Position numbers and translations under genes: made by a program. This document shows, piece by piece, positions 1 to 9,556 of a DNA stretch of 64,000 nt. Each line of letters begins with the position of its first letter. Position 1 is the stretch's first letter. The notes below the pieces were generated by a model. The model saw only the letters and a program-made list of their open reading frames with translations, searched no databases and was not told where the DNA came from. Source of the DNA: an uncultured Alphaproteobacteria bacterium (lineage in GTDB: Bacteria; Pseudomonadota; Alphaproteobacteria; RF32; CAG-239); NCBI GenBank assembly GCA_934254915.1, contig CAKQMH010000002.1, positions 85,259 through 149,258 of the forward strand. Direction: 5' to 3'.

Positions 1-172
1 GCGCGGCAGCGATGACCAACTCAAAAACAAACTTGAAAAATATATTCACGATGAATACCCCTACTATTCTGAGGCTGACATTGTGGTTGAAACCAAAGAA
101 GAACAGGTCGACGTCACCGTCAATCGGGTAGTAGACGCCATTGCAAAATTTTTAGCACCGGCTAAGGCTTAA
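1..172 (+). CDS. 3' end of a gene that begins upstream of the window (tail ...ADIVVETKEEQVDVTVNRVVDAIAKFLAPAKA*); weak resemblance to shikimate kinase C-termini
   Basis: Open frame runs to the TAA at 170-172. No start lies in the window. Identity is uncertain. Confidence 0.3.
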   Translation, partial: RGSDDQLKNKLEKYIHDEYPYYSEADIVVETKEEQVDVTVNRVVDAIAKFLAPAKA

Positions 173-1563
173 GCGGCCATTGCTCCGATTAGCGATACCG
201 AAGAAATTGTATCGCCCATACCCACCAGTGTAACCGGCTTAGCAATCAAAATTGTAGGTACGGCAATTATATCAAAATCAAGATAACTGCCGATTCCCTC
301 GTCTATAAAATTATCATCGCCGATATATCCGCCGACAGCCTGCAACGCCTCTAACCCTTCAGTGCAGACATCACGACCGTTTGCCCACAATAACTTATCG
401 TGGTTATCCAAACTTCCCGTACCGGCTTTGCCGGCGGCAACCATTGCCGCCAAACACATGCCATCACGATTCTGTTGCGGTGAAAGGCGGAAATTTTTGT
501 TTTGTATCGTCAAATACATTCCGAACATATGTAACTGAATCCGTGCACATTTAACTTTTTGTTTGATTTTAAGCACTGCCTCCAACAAATTAACTGCACT
601 GGTATCAGCCTCGCAAATAGCCGCCAAATCATCTTCGCCGATAACCTGCAAAACCTCTATTGCCTCTCGTTCATTAAGCCCGATTGAATCAGCCTGTGAG
701 GCTATTTTTTCCACAATTGCCTGCCGCACAAGTTTATCTTGAGTCGATGCTACTTCCAGATGAATTAATGCCCCGTCGTTCTGCCAGCGTTTTATAACCG
801 GTGCTGATCCTTCAACCAGCGACACTCCGTCATTTTCTGCCGTCAGGGCATGATAACCCGACAACACTACGGCATTGACCGGATGCTGATTTAAATAGGC
901 GGTAAAGTTTTCATCCATAACCAAGCGGGAATTAAGCGGATCATAGGTTGCAATAAATCGATTCGCTTTTGGACAGGTTATTTTATGCTCACCCAATTCA
1001 AAACTGTCGCCGCGGTTAAATTCAATAATCCAGTGGATTAACGGCACATCGGTTGCGCGGTTTATTTTATGTGCTTTTTGCGGCATACCGTTTTCATCAA
1101 ACGACAACAGATTACCCAAATCAGCAAACAACTTAGCTTGTTGTTCCGGCAGCGAACTGCAATGATTATAAACTTTTTTAACCCCACAAACCGCCATCGC
1201 ATTAGCCACAATTCCGCCTTGCCCGCCCATTTGCAAACGATCAAAGCCTATGTTTTTTACCATCCAGTCAAAAACTTTTTTATACGCCAGCCATTCTTCG
1301 GCGATTCCTTTACTGAAACAGCGAAAAGCGCCTTTTACAAAATCTTGCGGCGTTTGCAGATAATGATGTTCGGGATTATTAAGTTCTTCCCACTCAACAC
1401 CCAAATCCGCCGCTATGCGCGCCAAAGTTTTACCGCTTATCTTTAATACCGCGTCAATATTGGTGTTAAAAGCCGTTGCCACGGATTCCACCTTTGCCAT
1501 TTGCGCTAAAACCTCAGCCGTTCCGGAGTAATGACGATTCCAGATTTTTATTTTTTCCAACAT
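169..1563 (-). CDS. ADP-dependent sugar kinase family protein (ADP-glucokinase/ADP-PFK-like, ribokinase superfamily)
   Basis: 464 aa. Carries a QMGGQGGIVANAMA motif (cf. GGNAGIMAN), an NEREA (NXXE) motif and a C-terminal VGMGDTISS (GXGD catalytic motif). Confidence 0.45.
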   Translation of the reverse strand: MLEKIKIWNRHYSGTAEVLAQMAKVESVATAFNTNIDAVLKISGKTLARIAADLGVEWEELNNPEHHYLQTPQDFVKGAFRCFSKGIAEEWLAYKKVFDWMVKNIGFDRLQMGGQGGIVANAMAVCGVKKVYNHCSSLPEQQAKLFADLGNLLSFDENGMPQKAHKINRATDVPLIHWIIEFNRGDSFELGEHKITCPKANRFIATYDPLNSRLVMDENFTAYLNQHPVNAVVLSGYHALTAENDGVSLVEGSAPVIKRWQNDGALIHLEVASTQDKLVRQAIVEKIASQADSIGLNEREAIEVLQVIGEDDLAAICEADTSAVNLLEAVLKIKQKVKCARIQLHMFGMYLTIQNKNFRLSPQQNRDGMCLAAMVAAGKAGTGSLDNHDKLLWANGRDVCTEGLEALQAVGGYIGDDNFIDEGIGSYLDFDIIAVPTILIAKPVTLVGMGDTISSVSLIGAMAA

Positions 1564-1572
1564 CTGCTTCTC

Positions 1573-2553
1573 TTATTTTTTCTGTGTGGTATTGCGAATA
1601 AAATTAACCTTCATCAACGCCATTGAGCTGGCTGAAATTTTGGTAACTGCTTGATTAAAATCCAGATAATTCTGCACTTGTTGCTGCCATTTTTGCAGAT
1701 TTTCATTTTGCATCAATTCGGCATTTGACTTGCGGTTAAGCTCCCGCAAAACCGCTTTAAAGTTTTCATCAGCGGTCAATTGTTTAATCTTTTCCAAACC
1801 GCTGTCCGCCGTAAACTGCGGCGCATCTTCCTTCACCCGTTTGATTTGCACAATTTCGCTGAGTTTCGAATTAAGACGATCCTTCCAGCTTTTTTCAAAT
1901 TCGGCTTTTTGGACTTTAAGCATCTGCGCATAAATTTTGCCAAACTCTTTTTGCAAATCAGCCGGCGCAATGATTCCTTCCGGAGCTAATTTCACAATCT
2001 GCGCAATCGGTTCTTTGAACTTAATATCCGATTGTGCAATCTGTTGCAAAACTTCAGCTTCGTACTCAAATTGCCCGCCGCGTTCCGCCGCATCTTTTAC
2101 CAACATGGTCGCTGTCAAAATCAAAGCTCCCTCGTCTGTAACTTTTGCCATTGTATCGACTTTTTCTTCCAATTTATCGGTACGCATAATCAAACCCAAA
2201 ACCGTTTTGACATCAGCCTTGGAATCAATCACATTCAAATTTGTTTTTTCAATTGCCGCCACTTTTTCCTGCATTTCGCTATAATCTTGATTATTATTCT
2301 GCATTTCGGCTACATAATTTAACCGGCTTTCCAAATCTTTGATTTTATTTTCCAACGAACTGATCTGCTGCTGATACTCATCGGTATGCCAAGATGACCA
2401 CATTTTTCTTATCTGTGCTAACACCTGCGGATTTTTCCAAACTCCGTAACCGGCAGCCGCCACCACGACAACCGCAATAAGTTTTGCCGTCAGATGACGG
2501 TTTTTCTTTTCTTGTTTTGGTGTTGTAATCTCTATTTCTTTGGTTTTAACCAT
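1573..2553 (-). CDS. Membrane-anchored coiled-coil protein (possible alpha-Mic60/HemX-like)
   Basis: 326 aa with a basic N-terminus, one TM helix (LIAVVVVAAAGYGVW) and a long heptad-rich coiled coil. Divergent to tsaD. Confidence 0.35.
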   Translation of the reverse strand: MVKTKEIEITTPKQEKKNRHLTAKLIAVVVVAAAGYGVWKNPQVLAQIRKMWSSWHTDEYQQQISSLENKIKDLESRLNYVAEMQNNNQDYSEMQEKVAAIEKTNLNVIDSKADVKTVLGLIMRTDKLEEKVDTMAKVTDEGALILTATMLVKDAAERGGQFEYEAEVLQQIAQSDIKFKEPIAQIVKLAPEGIIAPADLQKEFGKIYAQMLKVQKAEFEKSWKDRLNSKLSEIVQIKRVKEDAPQFTADSGLEKIKQLTADENFKAVLRELNRKSNAELMQNENLQKWQQQVQNYLDFNQAVTKISASSMALMKVNFIRNTTQKK

Positions 2554-2660
2554 TTTACTAATCCTTTGCAGTAAATTCTTGGCATTAAACTTTTTCTAGT
2601 GTATATAATATAAAAAAAACTGCAATAAATATATGCACTAATTAAACACAAAGGAAATCC

Positions 2661-3737
2661 ATGAGAGTTTTAGGGATAGAAAGCAGCTGTGACGAAACTG
2701 CCGCCGCCATTGTAACCGACCGCCGCGAAATACTTGGCTCATCAGTCTTAACCCAACTTGAACACAAAATCTACGGTGGTGTTGTTCCTGAGATTGCCGC
2801 CCGCGCGCACCTTGAACATATTGACGAGATTTTGGAAGACACTTTCAAACAAGCCGGCCTCACTCCTCAAGACATTGATGCTGTCGCTGCCTCTTCTGGA
2901 CCGGGATTAATCGGCGGAGTTGTCGTCGGTGCTATGGCCGGCAAAGCTTTGGCTTTTGCACTTAACAAACCTTTTATTGCCGTCAATCATCTCGAAGGAC
3001 ATGCTTTGGCTGCCCGCCTGACTAATGATGTGGCCTATCCGTTTTTGTTGTTGCTGGTTTCCGGCGGACACTGTCAAATCCTGATTGTTAAAGGCGTCGG
3101 TGAATTTGAACGTCTGGGTACAACTATTGATGACGCCGCCGGTGAAGCTTTTGACAAAGTCGCCAAAATGCTTAACCTTGGCTACCCCGGTGGGCCGATG
3201 ATTGAAAAAATGGCCGAACTCGGTGACGAAAACCGCTTTGTCCTACCACGCCCGCTGGCTAATTCCGGTGATTGCAATTTGTCTTTTTCCGGCTTAAAAA
3301 CCGCTGTTCGCAAAATCATTGAATCTTACGCGCCTGATGACAATATTGAACATGCCATTTTGCATAAACATGATGTTGCCGATATTTGTGCCGGTTTTCA
3401 ATTAGCCGTAACCGACAGTTTGGTTCACAAACTACAAAAAGCCATTGCCGTTTTCAAGTCCAAATACCCCGAAGGCAAAGATTTGGTGGTTTCCGGCGGT
3501 GTGGCGGCCAACGCTTATTTGCGTCGGCATTTGCAAGAACTGGCTGATAAAAACGGCTTAATTTTTGCCGCTCCGCCGATTAAATATTGCACCGACAACG
3601 GCGTTATGATTGCCTGGGCCGGAATGGAACGAGCCTTAAAAGGAATGTATAACAATCTCGACTTCAAACCCCGCCCGCGTTGGCCGTTAGATGAAAATGC
3701 ACCCAAAGCTGCCGGTGCCGGTGGAGTAAAAGCCTGA
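2661..3737 (+). CDS. tsaD: tRNA N6-adenosine threonylcarbamoyltransferase TsaD (Kae1/YgjD)
   Basis: 358 aa. Motifs MRVLGIESSCDETAAAI and HLEGHALAA. RBS aaaggaa upstream. Confidence 0.9.
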   Translation: MRVLGIESSCDETAAAIVTDRREILGSSVLTQLEHKIYGGVVPEIAARAHLEHIDEILEDTFKQAGLTPQDIDAVAASSGPGLIGGVVVGAMAGKALAFALNKPFIAVNHLEGHALAARLTNDVAYPFLLLLVSGGHCQILIVKGVGEFERLGTTIDDAAGEAFDKVAKMLNLGYPGGPMIEKMAELGDENRFVLPRPLANSGDCNLSFSGLKTAVRKIIESYAPDDNIEHAILHKHDVADICAGFQLAVTDSLVHKLQKAIAVFKSKYPEGKDLVVSGGVAANAYLRRHLQELADKNGLIFAAPPIKYCTDNGVMIAWAGMERALKGMYNNLDFKPRPRWPLDENAPKAAGAGGVKA

Positions 3738-4369
3738 TGCGCCCGTTTGATGAAATTTGCCGGATTCTTGATATTTTTAAACAGCTTGATCCCAACCCCG
3801 ATACGGAATTAAATTATACCAATGCTTACACCTTGTTGGTCGCTATTATTTTATCCGCACAAAGCACCGATAAAGGCGTAAACAAAGCTACGGCTCAGCT
3901 TTTCCCTCTGGCCGACACGCCGCAGAAAATGTTGGCTTTGGGTCTTGACGGCCTGAAAGAGCATATCAAAACTATCGGCTTATATAACAACAAAGCCAAA
4001 AGCATTATCGCCATGAGTCAGGATTTGGTTGCCAAATATAATGGTGAAGTTCCTCACAATCGCGAAGCTTTAGAAAAATTATCCGGTGTCGGACGCAAAA
4101 CTGCCAATGTTATCTTAAACGTCTGGTGGCACGAACCGACTGTGGCGGTTGATACCCATGTCTTGCGATTGGCTGAACGCTTGGAATTGAGCGACGGCAA
4201 AACGCCTTTAAGTGTTGAAGCTGATTTAAACCATTTGCCTGATGACTATAAACTTCATCTTAATCACTGGCTGGTCTTGTTCGGACGTTATACTTGTAAA
4301 GCTCAAAAACCGCTTTGCTCCGCTTGCCCGATAAGCGCATTTTGCCGCTCGACTGCTAAAAAACTTTAG
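3737..4369 (+). CDS. nth: Endonuclease III (DNA glycosylase/AP lyase)
   Basis: 210 aa with an HhH-GPD fold (LSGVGRKTANVIL) and a C-terminal 4Fe-4S cluster CKAQKPLCSACPISAFC. TGATG overlap with tsaD. Confidence 0.9.
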   Translation: MRPFDEICRILDIFKQLDPNPDTELNYTNAYTLLVAIILSAQSTDKGVNKATAQLFPLADTPQKMLALGLDGLKEHIKTIGLYNNKAKSIIAMSQDLVAKYNGEVPHNREALEKLSGVGRKTANVILNVWWHEPTVAVDTHVLRLAERLELSDGKTPLSVEADLNHLPDDYKLHLNHWLVLFGRYTCKAQKPLCSACPISAFCRSTAKKL

Positions 4370-4372
4370 TGC

Positions 4373-4987
4373 TTAAATAAATTTAAGCAGCAGAAAACCG
4401 CCAATCAGCAAAACTAAAAACAATACCGACAAAATACCGAGATTTTTTTCAATAAAAGATTTCATCGGTTCACCGTATTTTTTCAGCAGCCACGCCACCA
4501 GATAAAAACGCATTCCGCGCGCCACTACGGAAGCAATGGTAAAAGTCGCCAAATCCAGATTAACCACTCCGCTGGCGATTGTAATTATTTTATACGGAAA
4601 TGGTGTAATTCCCGCCCCGAAAACAATCCACGCCCCCCATTGGTGGTAATAATCTTTAAATGTATCAAACTGCTGCATATAGCCATAGAAATTCAATATC
4701 GGTTTGGCAATCGCATCAAACAAAAACATTCCGATTCCATAACCGAAATACCCGCCCAAGACACTGGCTATTGTAGCGACACCGGCGATTCGCCATGCTT
4801 TTTGCGGCATTGCCAAAACCATCGGTATCAACATAATATCAGGCGGAATAGGAAAAAACGAACTTTCAATAAACGCTACCGCCGCCAAAAACCACAAAGC
4901 ATGCGGACTTGACGCCAAATTTATCATGCCGTCATAAACCGCTTTAACCATATTATGAAACCACAAACTGCAGCTTTTCATTTTCAA
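4373..4987 (-). CDS. DedA/SNARE-associated family inner membrane protein
   Basis: 204 aa, multi-TM, with a DedA-like core (FIESSFFPIPPDIMLIPM). Confidence 0.7.
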   Translation of the reverse strand: MKMKSCSLWFHNMVKAVYDGMINLASSPHALWFLAAVAFIESSFFPIPPDIMLIPMVLAMPQKAWRIAGVATIASVLGGYFGYGIGMFLFDAIAKPILNFYGYMQQFDTFKDYYHQWGAWIVFGAGITPFPYKIITIASGVVNLDLATFTIASVVARGMRFYLVAWLLKKYGEPMKSFIEKNLGILSVLFLVLLIGGFLLLKFI

Positions 4988-4993
4988 CTCCGC

Positions 4994-5908
4994 TTAATGA
5001 TGACAGTGGCCGTTGCAATGGCAATGTCCTTTATGATACCCGCACTCGCAATGATGGTTATCTTTTTGCTGCCGATAAGCTTCCCACGTGTTTTCCAACA
5101 GCATTGCTACCGTCATCGGTCCAACCCCTTTCGGTACCGGCGTAATAAAAGCAGCTTTCTCCTTAACTTCTTCAAAGTCGACATCGCCGCACAATTTACC
5201 GTTTTCATCTCGATTTATGCCGACATCAATTACGATTGCCCCTTGCTTAACCCACTCTTTTTTCACCATCTTAGCCTTGCCGCAAGCCGCTACGATAATA
5301 TCCGCTTCGCTTGCCAAAGCTGCCAGATTTTGAGTTTTGGAATGAGCGATTGTCACGGTGCAGTTTTGCGCCAGCAACAACATTGCTACCGGTTTTCCCA
5401 CAATATTTGAACGGCCGATAACCAAAGCTTTTTTTCCGGATAATTCCACTCCGGCTTGTGCCAACAGGCGCATGATTCCTTTCGGCGTTGCCGCAATTAT
5501 CGCTGACTTATCGCCTTTGACCAAACGCCCGATATTAACTTCGCCGAAACCGTCGACGTCCTTTTCCGCCGGAATCAATTGCAGGATTTTTTCACTGTCC
5601 AAATGTTGGGGAAGCGGCAGTTGTACAATAACTCCGTTAATATGCGGATTCGCACATAGTTCTTGCAAACTTTCGCTCAGCGCATGCTCGCCTATACCTT
5701 CGGCAAATTCCACCACCTCGCAGGCCATTCCCACTTCAGCGGCTGCCTTTTGTTTGTTGCGCACATAAATTTCGCCGGCTTCATTATCACCAACCTTAAC
5801 CACCGCCAAAACCGGCATATCTTCACCATCATCATCCGCAATTTGGCGAGCTAAATCACGGCGAATTTGTTCAGCCAGACTTTTACCGTCTAAAATTTGC
5901 GCTGTCAT
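4994..5908 (-). CDS. folD: Bifunctional methylene-THF dehydrogenase/methenyl-THF cyclohydrolase FolD with a His/Cys-rich C-terminal tail
   Basis: 304 aa. FolD core (LDGKSLAEQIR...GRSNIVGKP...TPVPKGVGPMTVAMLLENT) plus the tail HHCECGYHKGHCHCNGHCHH. Confidence 0.9.
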   Translation of the reverse strand: MTAQILDGKSLAEQIRRDLARQIADDDGEDMPVLAVVKVGDNEAGEIYVRNKQKAAAEVGMACEVVEFAEGIGEHALSESLQELCANPHINGVIVQLPLPQHLDSEKILQLIPAEKDVDGFGEVNIGRLVKGDKSAIIAATPKGIMRLLAQAGVELSGKKALVIGRSNIVGKPVAMLLLAQNCTVTIAHSKTQNLAALASEADIIVAACGKAKMVKKEWVKQGAIVIDVGINRDENGKLCGDVDFEEVKEKAAFITPVPKGVGPMTVAMLLENTWEAYRQQKDNHHCECGYHKGHCHCNGHCHH

Positions 5909-5911
5909 TTT

Positions 5912-6220
5912 CTAACCCTCTAACCATTGCTGAATTTTGTTTTGCAAATCTGCCGTATCGCCTTTCACTAAAATCTTTTTATAGCGATCGGTTTCACCGC
6001 TGACAATCTCAAAACTGCTTTTGGACACATGCAGCTGTTTGCTTAAATACGCCAACAGTTCCTGATTGGCTTTGCCTTTTTCAGGAACACTGATAACGTT
6101 TATTTTCAAAAACTCGCAGCCGGAAGAATCAACAAAAACATCGCTTTTTTTACAAGAAGAAGAGTTAGGCGTTAACCTAACTCTTAATAAAATACCTTCT
6201 TGTCTGTTTTCAAAAACCAT
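5912..6220 (-). CDS. DUF167 (YggU-like) protein
   Basis: 102 aa. Start abuts the yggT stop (ATGA overlap at 6220), as in the yggT-yggU pair. Confidence 0.55.
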   Translation of the reverse strand: MVFENRQEGILLRVRLTPNSSSCKKSDVFVDSSGCEFLKINVISVPEKGKANQELLAYLSKQLHVSKSSFEIVSGETDRYKKILVKGDTADLQNKIQQWLEG

Positions 6221-6519
6221 TAGACCATCATTGCACTGAGGCGATAAACCAAACGGCAGATAAACAGCAGCGCCAACAGCAAAATAAACGGTGAAAAATC
6301 AAAACCGGCAAACGGCGGAATTTTCTCTCTGATTTTGCTGTAGACCGGTTCTGTAAGCTTATCTAAAACTTCTACGGTTTTTTGAGCATATTTGTTAGAC
6401 GCTTCCAAAACCTTAAAATGAATCAGCCAATAAACAACTATTTGCACTACTACGATTTTAAAATAAATATCAGCCAACAAACCGATAATATAAAGGAAAG
6501 GTTCAAAAATCGCACCCAT
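6220..6519 (-). CDS. YggT family membrane protein
   Basis: 99 aa with two TM segments and a YGGT-like layout. Confidence 0.65.
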   Translation of the reverse strand: MGAIFEPFLYIIGLLADIYFKIVVVQIVVYWLIHFKVLEASNKYAQKTVEVLDKLTEPVYSKIREKIPPFAGFDFSPFILLLALLFICRLVYRLSAMMV

Positions 6520-6602
6520 AAATATACTCCTTAAAATAAGTCAAACTCTATGTTTTTCTATTCCAAATGCTTTTATCTGTCAACCTTTTTAACTAACTTC
6601 TG

Positions 6603-7601
6603 CTAGTGTTGGTTTTGCATCTGCATTTGCTGCAATTGGTGAAAACGCTCAACTGTCATGCCCTGATAACGTTTGACGCGCGGACGATATGCTTCCCTTT
6701 CGTCAATCACCTGATTATCGATTATCTGATTCTCAATCAGATTTTCATCTTCAATATCCTCTATTTCGGCTCTGTTTTTGCCATAGCGATAACCCATTAT
6801 CAGCAGCCGCATAGCCGCCCGTGAGTTGCGGCGCAGATTGTTAACTTTTTGCTGAGCTTCTTCATCATTTTGCGATACCGGATGAAAGACATTAACATCA
6901 ACCAGACTGTTTTCCAATTCATCACCGACTTTGTCTTTAATATATTCGTTTCCGCGGTTGTCTTTTTGTTTTTCGGCATCGGCATGAGCTTTGGTTTGCG
7001 ACATTTTAGTACGCAGCCGCCGCAGTTCACTCAACTTGAAGGTCATAAACGCTAATTTCTTTTGCGCCTCTTCTTTGTAAAATCCCTGCCCATGCAGTGC
7101 CGCCGCGCTGTACAAATCCATAACCCGTTTCATTTCGGTTTCGCGCATATCCATAAAACTGATAAACATATTGCGGGCATCAATTTCGGCATCTGTTGTT
7201 CCGCTGGCATAAATATCCCTTTCAATTTTTTGCTCCGCCATAACCCAATCACGATATTCCGTTTCGGGATTTTCACTGGCATCAATACGCTGCAGTGTAT
7301 CCGCCACCATAAAATCCAAATCATATGTGCTGACAGCTAATTTTTCACCGAGTTTTGCCACCGCATGGTGTTGGTTTTCCAACAAATTATCTGCACTGCT
7401 TATTAATTTTTCTTTTGATACCTGACTTAAAGCCTGCTTAACCCGCTGTTCTTTTTCTCGATCCATAGCGCTGAGTTGGTGCATATTGCCGACACTGGGT
7501 TTGATTTTGTTCAAACCCTCCTGATACCCCTTTTCAAAATCGGCGTACAAAGCGGCATATTCTTGATTATAATCCGTGGCAGACATGATTCGTCTCCTCA
7601 T
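6603..7601 (-). CDS. Hypothetical charged coiled-coil protein, translationally coupled to the upstream TerB-like gene
   Basis: 332 aa, E/K/Q-rich with no recognisable motif. ATGA overlap at 7601 with the TerB-like gene. Confidence 0.4.
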   Translation of the reverse strand: MRRRIMSATDYNQEYAALYADFEKGYQEGLNKIKPSVGNMHQLSAMDREKEQRVKQALSQVSKEKLISSADNLLENQHHAVAKLGEKLAVSTYDLDFMVADTLQRIDASENPETEYRDWVMAEQKIERDIYASGTTDAEIDARNMFISFMDMRETEMKRVMDLYSAAALHGQGFYKEEAQKKLAFMTFKLSELRRLRTKMSQTKAHADAEKQKDNRGNEYIKDKVGDELENSLVDVNVFHPVSQNDEEAQQKVNNLRRNSRAAMRLLIMGYRYGKNRAEIEDIEDENLIENQIIDNQVIDEREAYRPRVKRYQGMTVERFHQLQQMQMQNQH

Positions 7602-8062
7602 TAAAATTTTTCAAATATAATTTTGCCTTCTTCCAACCAGACAATCCGATCAATTACCCATTGGCTGATTTGTTGGATTTTATCCAGCTCCAAACCCATT
7701 GCCTGTCCGACGCGGCCGATTAACATAACCTCGTCATCCGACAAATCGCCATCCGTATTCGCCAGCATGCACATTTCCTTAACCAGCTCCATGGCAATGT
7801 GCCGATCTTTAATCACTTTAACCTCTTCCAACAAAGCCTCATCGCTTTCAACGTTTAAAATCTCGTCAAAACGGCTGGCCGGAACCGCATATGCCAAGGC
7901 CACTTCACGCACAAACTCGCGTTCATTTTCATCAAAATTACCGTCTATCTTGGCCAGTCTGACCAAAGCTTTTAAAAAGACAACTCTGACGTCTTCGCTC
8001 ATATCCGCTAAATTTTGCATATCGCTCTCCATTCTAAAGCCTGACATAAAATTTCTCCTCAT
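7601..8062 (-). CDS. TerB-like (tellurite-resistance TerB domain) protein
   Basis: 153 aa with a TerB-like helical pattern (FLKALVRLAKIDGNFDENEREFV...ANTDGDLSDDEVMLI). Confidence 0.5.
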   Translation of the reverse strand: MRRNFMSGFRMESDMQNLADMSEDVRVVFLKALVRLAKIDGNFDENEREFVREVALAYAVPASRFDEILNVESDEALLEEVKVIKDRHIAMELVKEMCMLANTDGDLSDDEVMLIGRVGQAMGLELDKIQQISQWVIDRIVWLEEGKIIFEKF

Positions 8063-8154
8063 ATTAAAATTTAATCATATCATAACAGATTATGCTGAAA
8101 ATTCAAACAAAAAGCACCTTTTACCCGTTAAATCTTTTCTGCCGGCAAAAACTA

Positions 8155-8183
8155 TTGAAATTCCTTTGCGCTTAGCGTAAAAT
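8155..8183 (+). promoter_or_regulatory. Sigma70-type promoter for miaB (TTGAAA-N17-TAAAAT)
   Basis: TTGAAA at 8155-8160, a 17-nt spacer, TAAAAT at 8178-8183. Sits about 40 nt upstream of the GTG start. Confidence 0.45.
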
Positions 8184-8220
8184 ATAAGATAATGCAACTT
8201 AAACAACAACTGAGAATAAC

Positions 8221-9552
8221 GTGAAAAAATATTATATTAAGACCTTCGGCTGCCAAATGAATGTTTACGATTCGCAGCGCATTGCCTCCATTTTGGAAAC
8301 TCTCGGCTATCAGCCGACCGATCATCAAAACCAAGCGGATATTGTTATTTTTAATACTTGTCACATTCGTGAAAAGGCCGCTGAAAAAGTATTCTCCGAC
8401 TTAGGACGTGCCGAACTTATCAAACAAGAACGCGCCGCCCAAGGGCTTGATACGGTCATCGGCGTCTGCGGTTGTGTTGTTCAGGCTGAAGACGAGCAGA
8501 TTGCCAAACGCGCTCCGTTTGTTGATTTTGCTACCGGACCGCTGACTTACCATCGCTTGCCGGAGATTTTGGCGCAAGTCGGTCGTTCCCGCGGTATTCC
8601 GGTTATTGACACCGAATTTCCGGTTGAGTCCAAATTTGATTTTCTGCCCGATTACCATGCTTCCGGCGCTTGTTCTTATTTGGCCATTCAGGAAGGATGC
8701 AACAATTTCTGTACTTATTGCGTTGTTCCTTATACTCGCGGGGTTGAAACCTCGCGGCCGGTTGCCGATGTGGTTAAGGAAGCCCGCAATCTGGTTGCCG
8801 GCGGCACTCTGGAAATAAACCTGCTCGGACAAAACGTTAATTCCTACCATGGAGAAGATTCATCAGGCAAAGAACGTAATTTGGCCTATCTGCTGCGGCA
8901 GCTGAACGAAATTGACGGCCTGAAACGGATTCGCTATACCACATCCTATCCGGCTGATGTCGATGACGATTTAATTTCCTGTCATCATGATATGCCTAAA
9001 CTTATGCCTTACCTGCATTTGCCGGTTCAGTCCGGTTCGGATAAAATTCTCAAAATGATGAACCGCCGTCATACTGCCGGCCAATATTTGGAAGTAATAG
9101 CCAAACTGCGCGATGCCAATCCGGAACTCCGCTTTTCTTCCGATTTTATCGTCGGTTTTCCATCTGAAACTGATGAAGATTTTGAAGCAACACTGAAAAT
9201 CGTTAATGAAGTGAAATTTATTCAGGCTTTTTCGTTCAAATACTCGCGCCGCGCCGGAACTCCGGCCGCTTTAATGCCTAATCAGGTTGAAGAAAAAGTC
9301 AAAAAAGAGCGTCTTGACGTGTTGCAGGACTTATTATTTTCATATCAGTTAAAGTTTAATAAAGAAAGTGTTGGTAAAGTGATGCCCATCCTGTTTGATA
9401 TGAAAGGCCGCCACAAAGGGCAGCTTATCGGGCGCACCCCGTATATGCAAAACCTTCATGCCGAACTCGGCAAAGACTGCTTAAACCGCATTATTAATGT
9501 AAAAGTAACCGAAGCCTCGACCAATTCTTTGGCTGGCGTAGTGGAGGAATAA
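8221..9552 (+). CDS. miaB: tRNA-2-methylthio-N6-dimethylallyladenosine synthase MiaB (radical SAM)
   Basis: 443 aa, GTG start. UPF0004 N-terminal cysteines, a CNNFCTYCVVP radical-SAM motif and a TRAM C-terminus. Confidence 0.9.
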   Translation: MKKYYIKTFGCQMNVYDSQRIASILETLGYQPTDHQNQADIVIFNTCHIREKAAEKVFSDLGRAELIKQERAAQGLDTVIGVCGCVVQAEDEQIAKRAPFVDFATGPLTYHRLPEILAQVGRSRGIPVIDTEFPVESKFDFLPDYHASGACSYLAIQEGCNNFCTYCVVPYTRGVETSRPVADVVKEARNLVAGGTLEINLLGQNVNSYHGEDSSGKERNLAYLLRQLNEIDGLKRIRYTTSYPADVDDDLISCHHDMPKLMPYLHLPVQSGSDKILKMMNRRHTAGQYLEVIAKLRDANPELRFSSDFIVGFPSETDEDFEATLKIVNEVKFIQAFSFKYSRRAGTPAALMPNQVEEKVKKERLDVLQDLLFSYQLKFNKESVGKVMPILFDMKGRHKGQLIGRTPYMQNLHAELGKDCLNRIINVKVTEASTNSLAGVVEE

Positions 9553-9556
9553 AAAA

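Noticed and set aside
4955-5410. 151-aa plus-strand ORF (His/Met-rich) antisense to folD
   Set aside because: It is a shadow ORF produced by the reverse complement of the FolD His/Cys-rich tail and core codons. folD on the minus strand has unambiguous homology.
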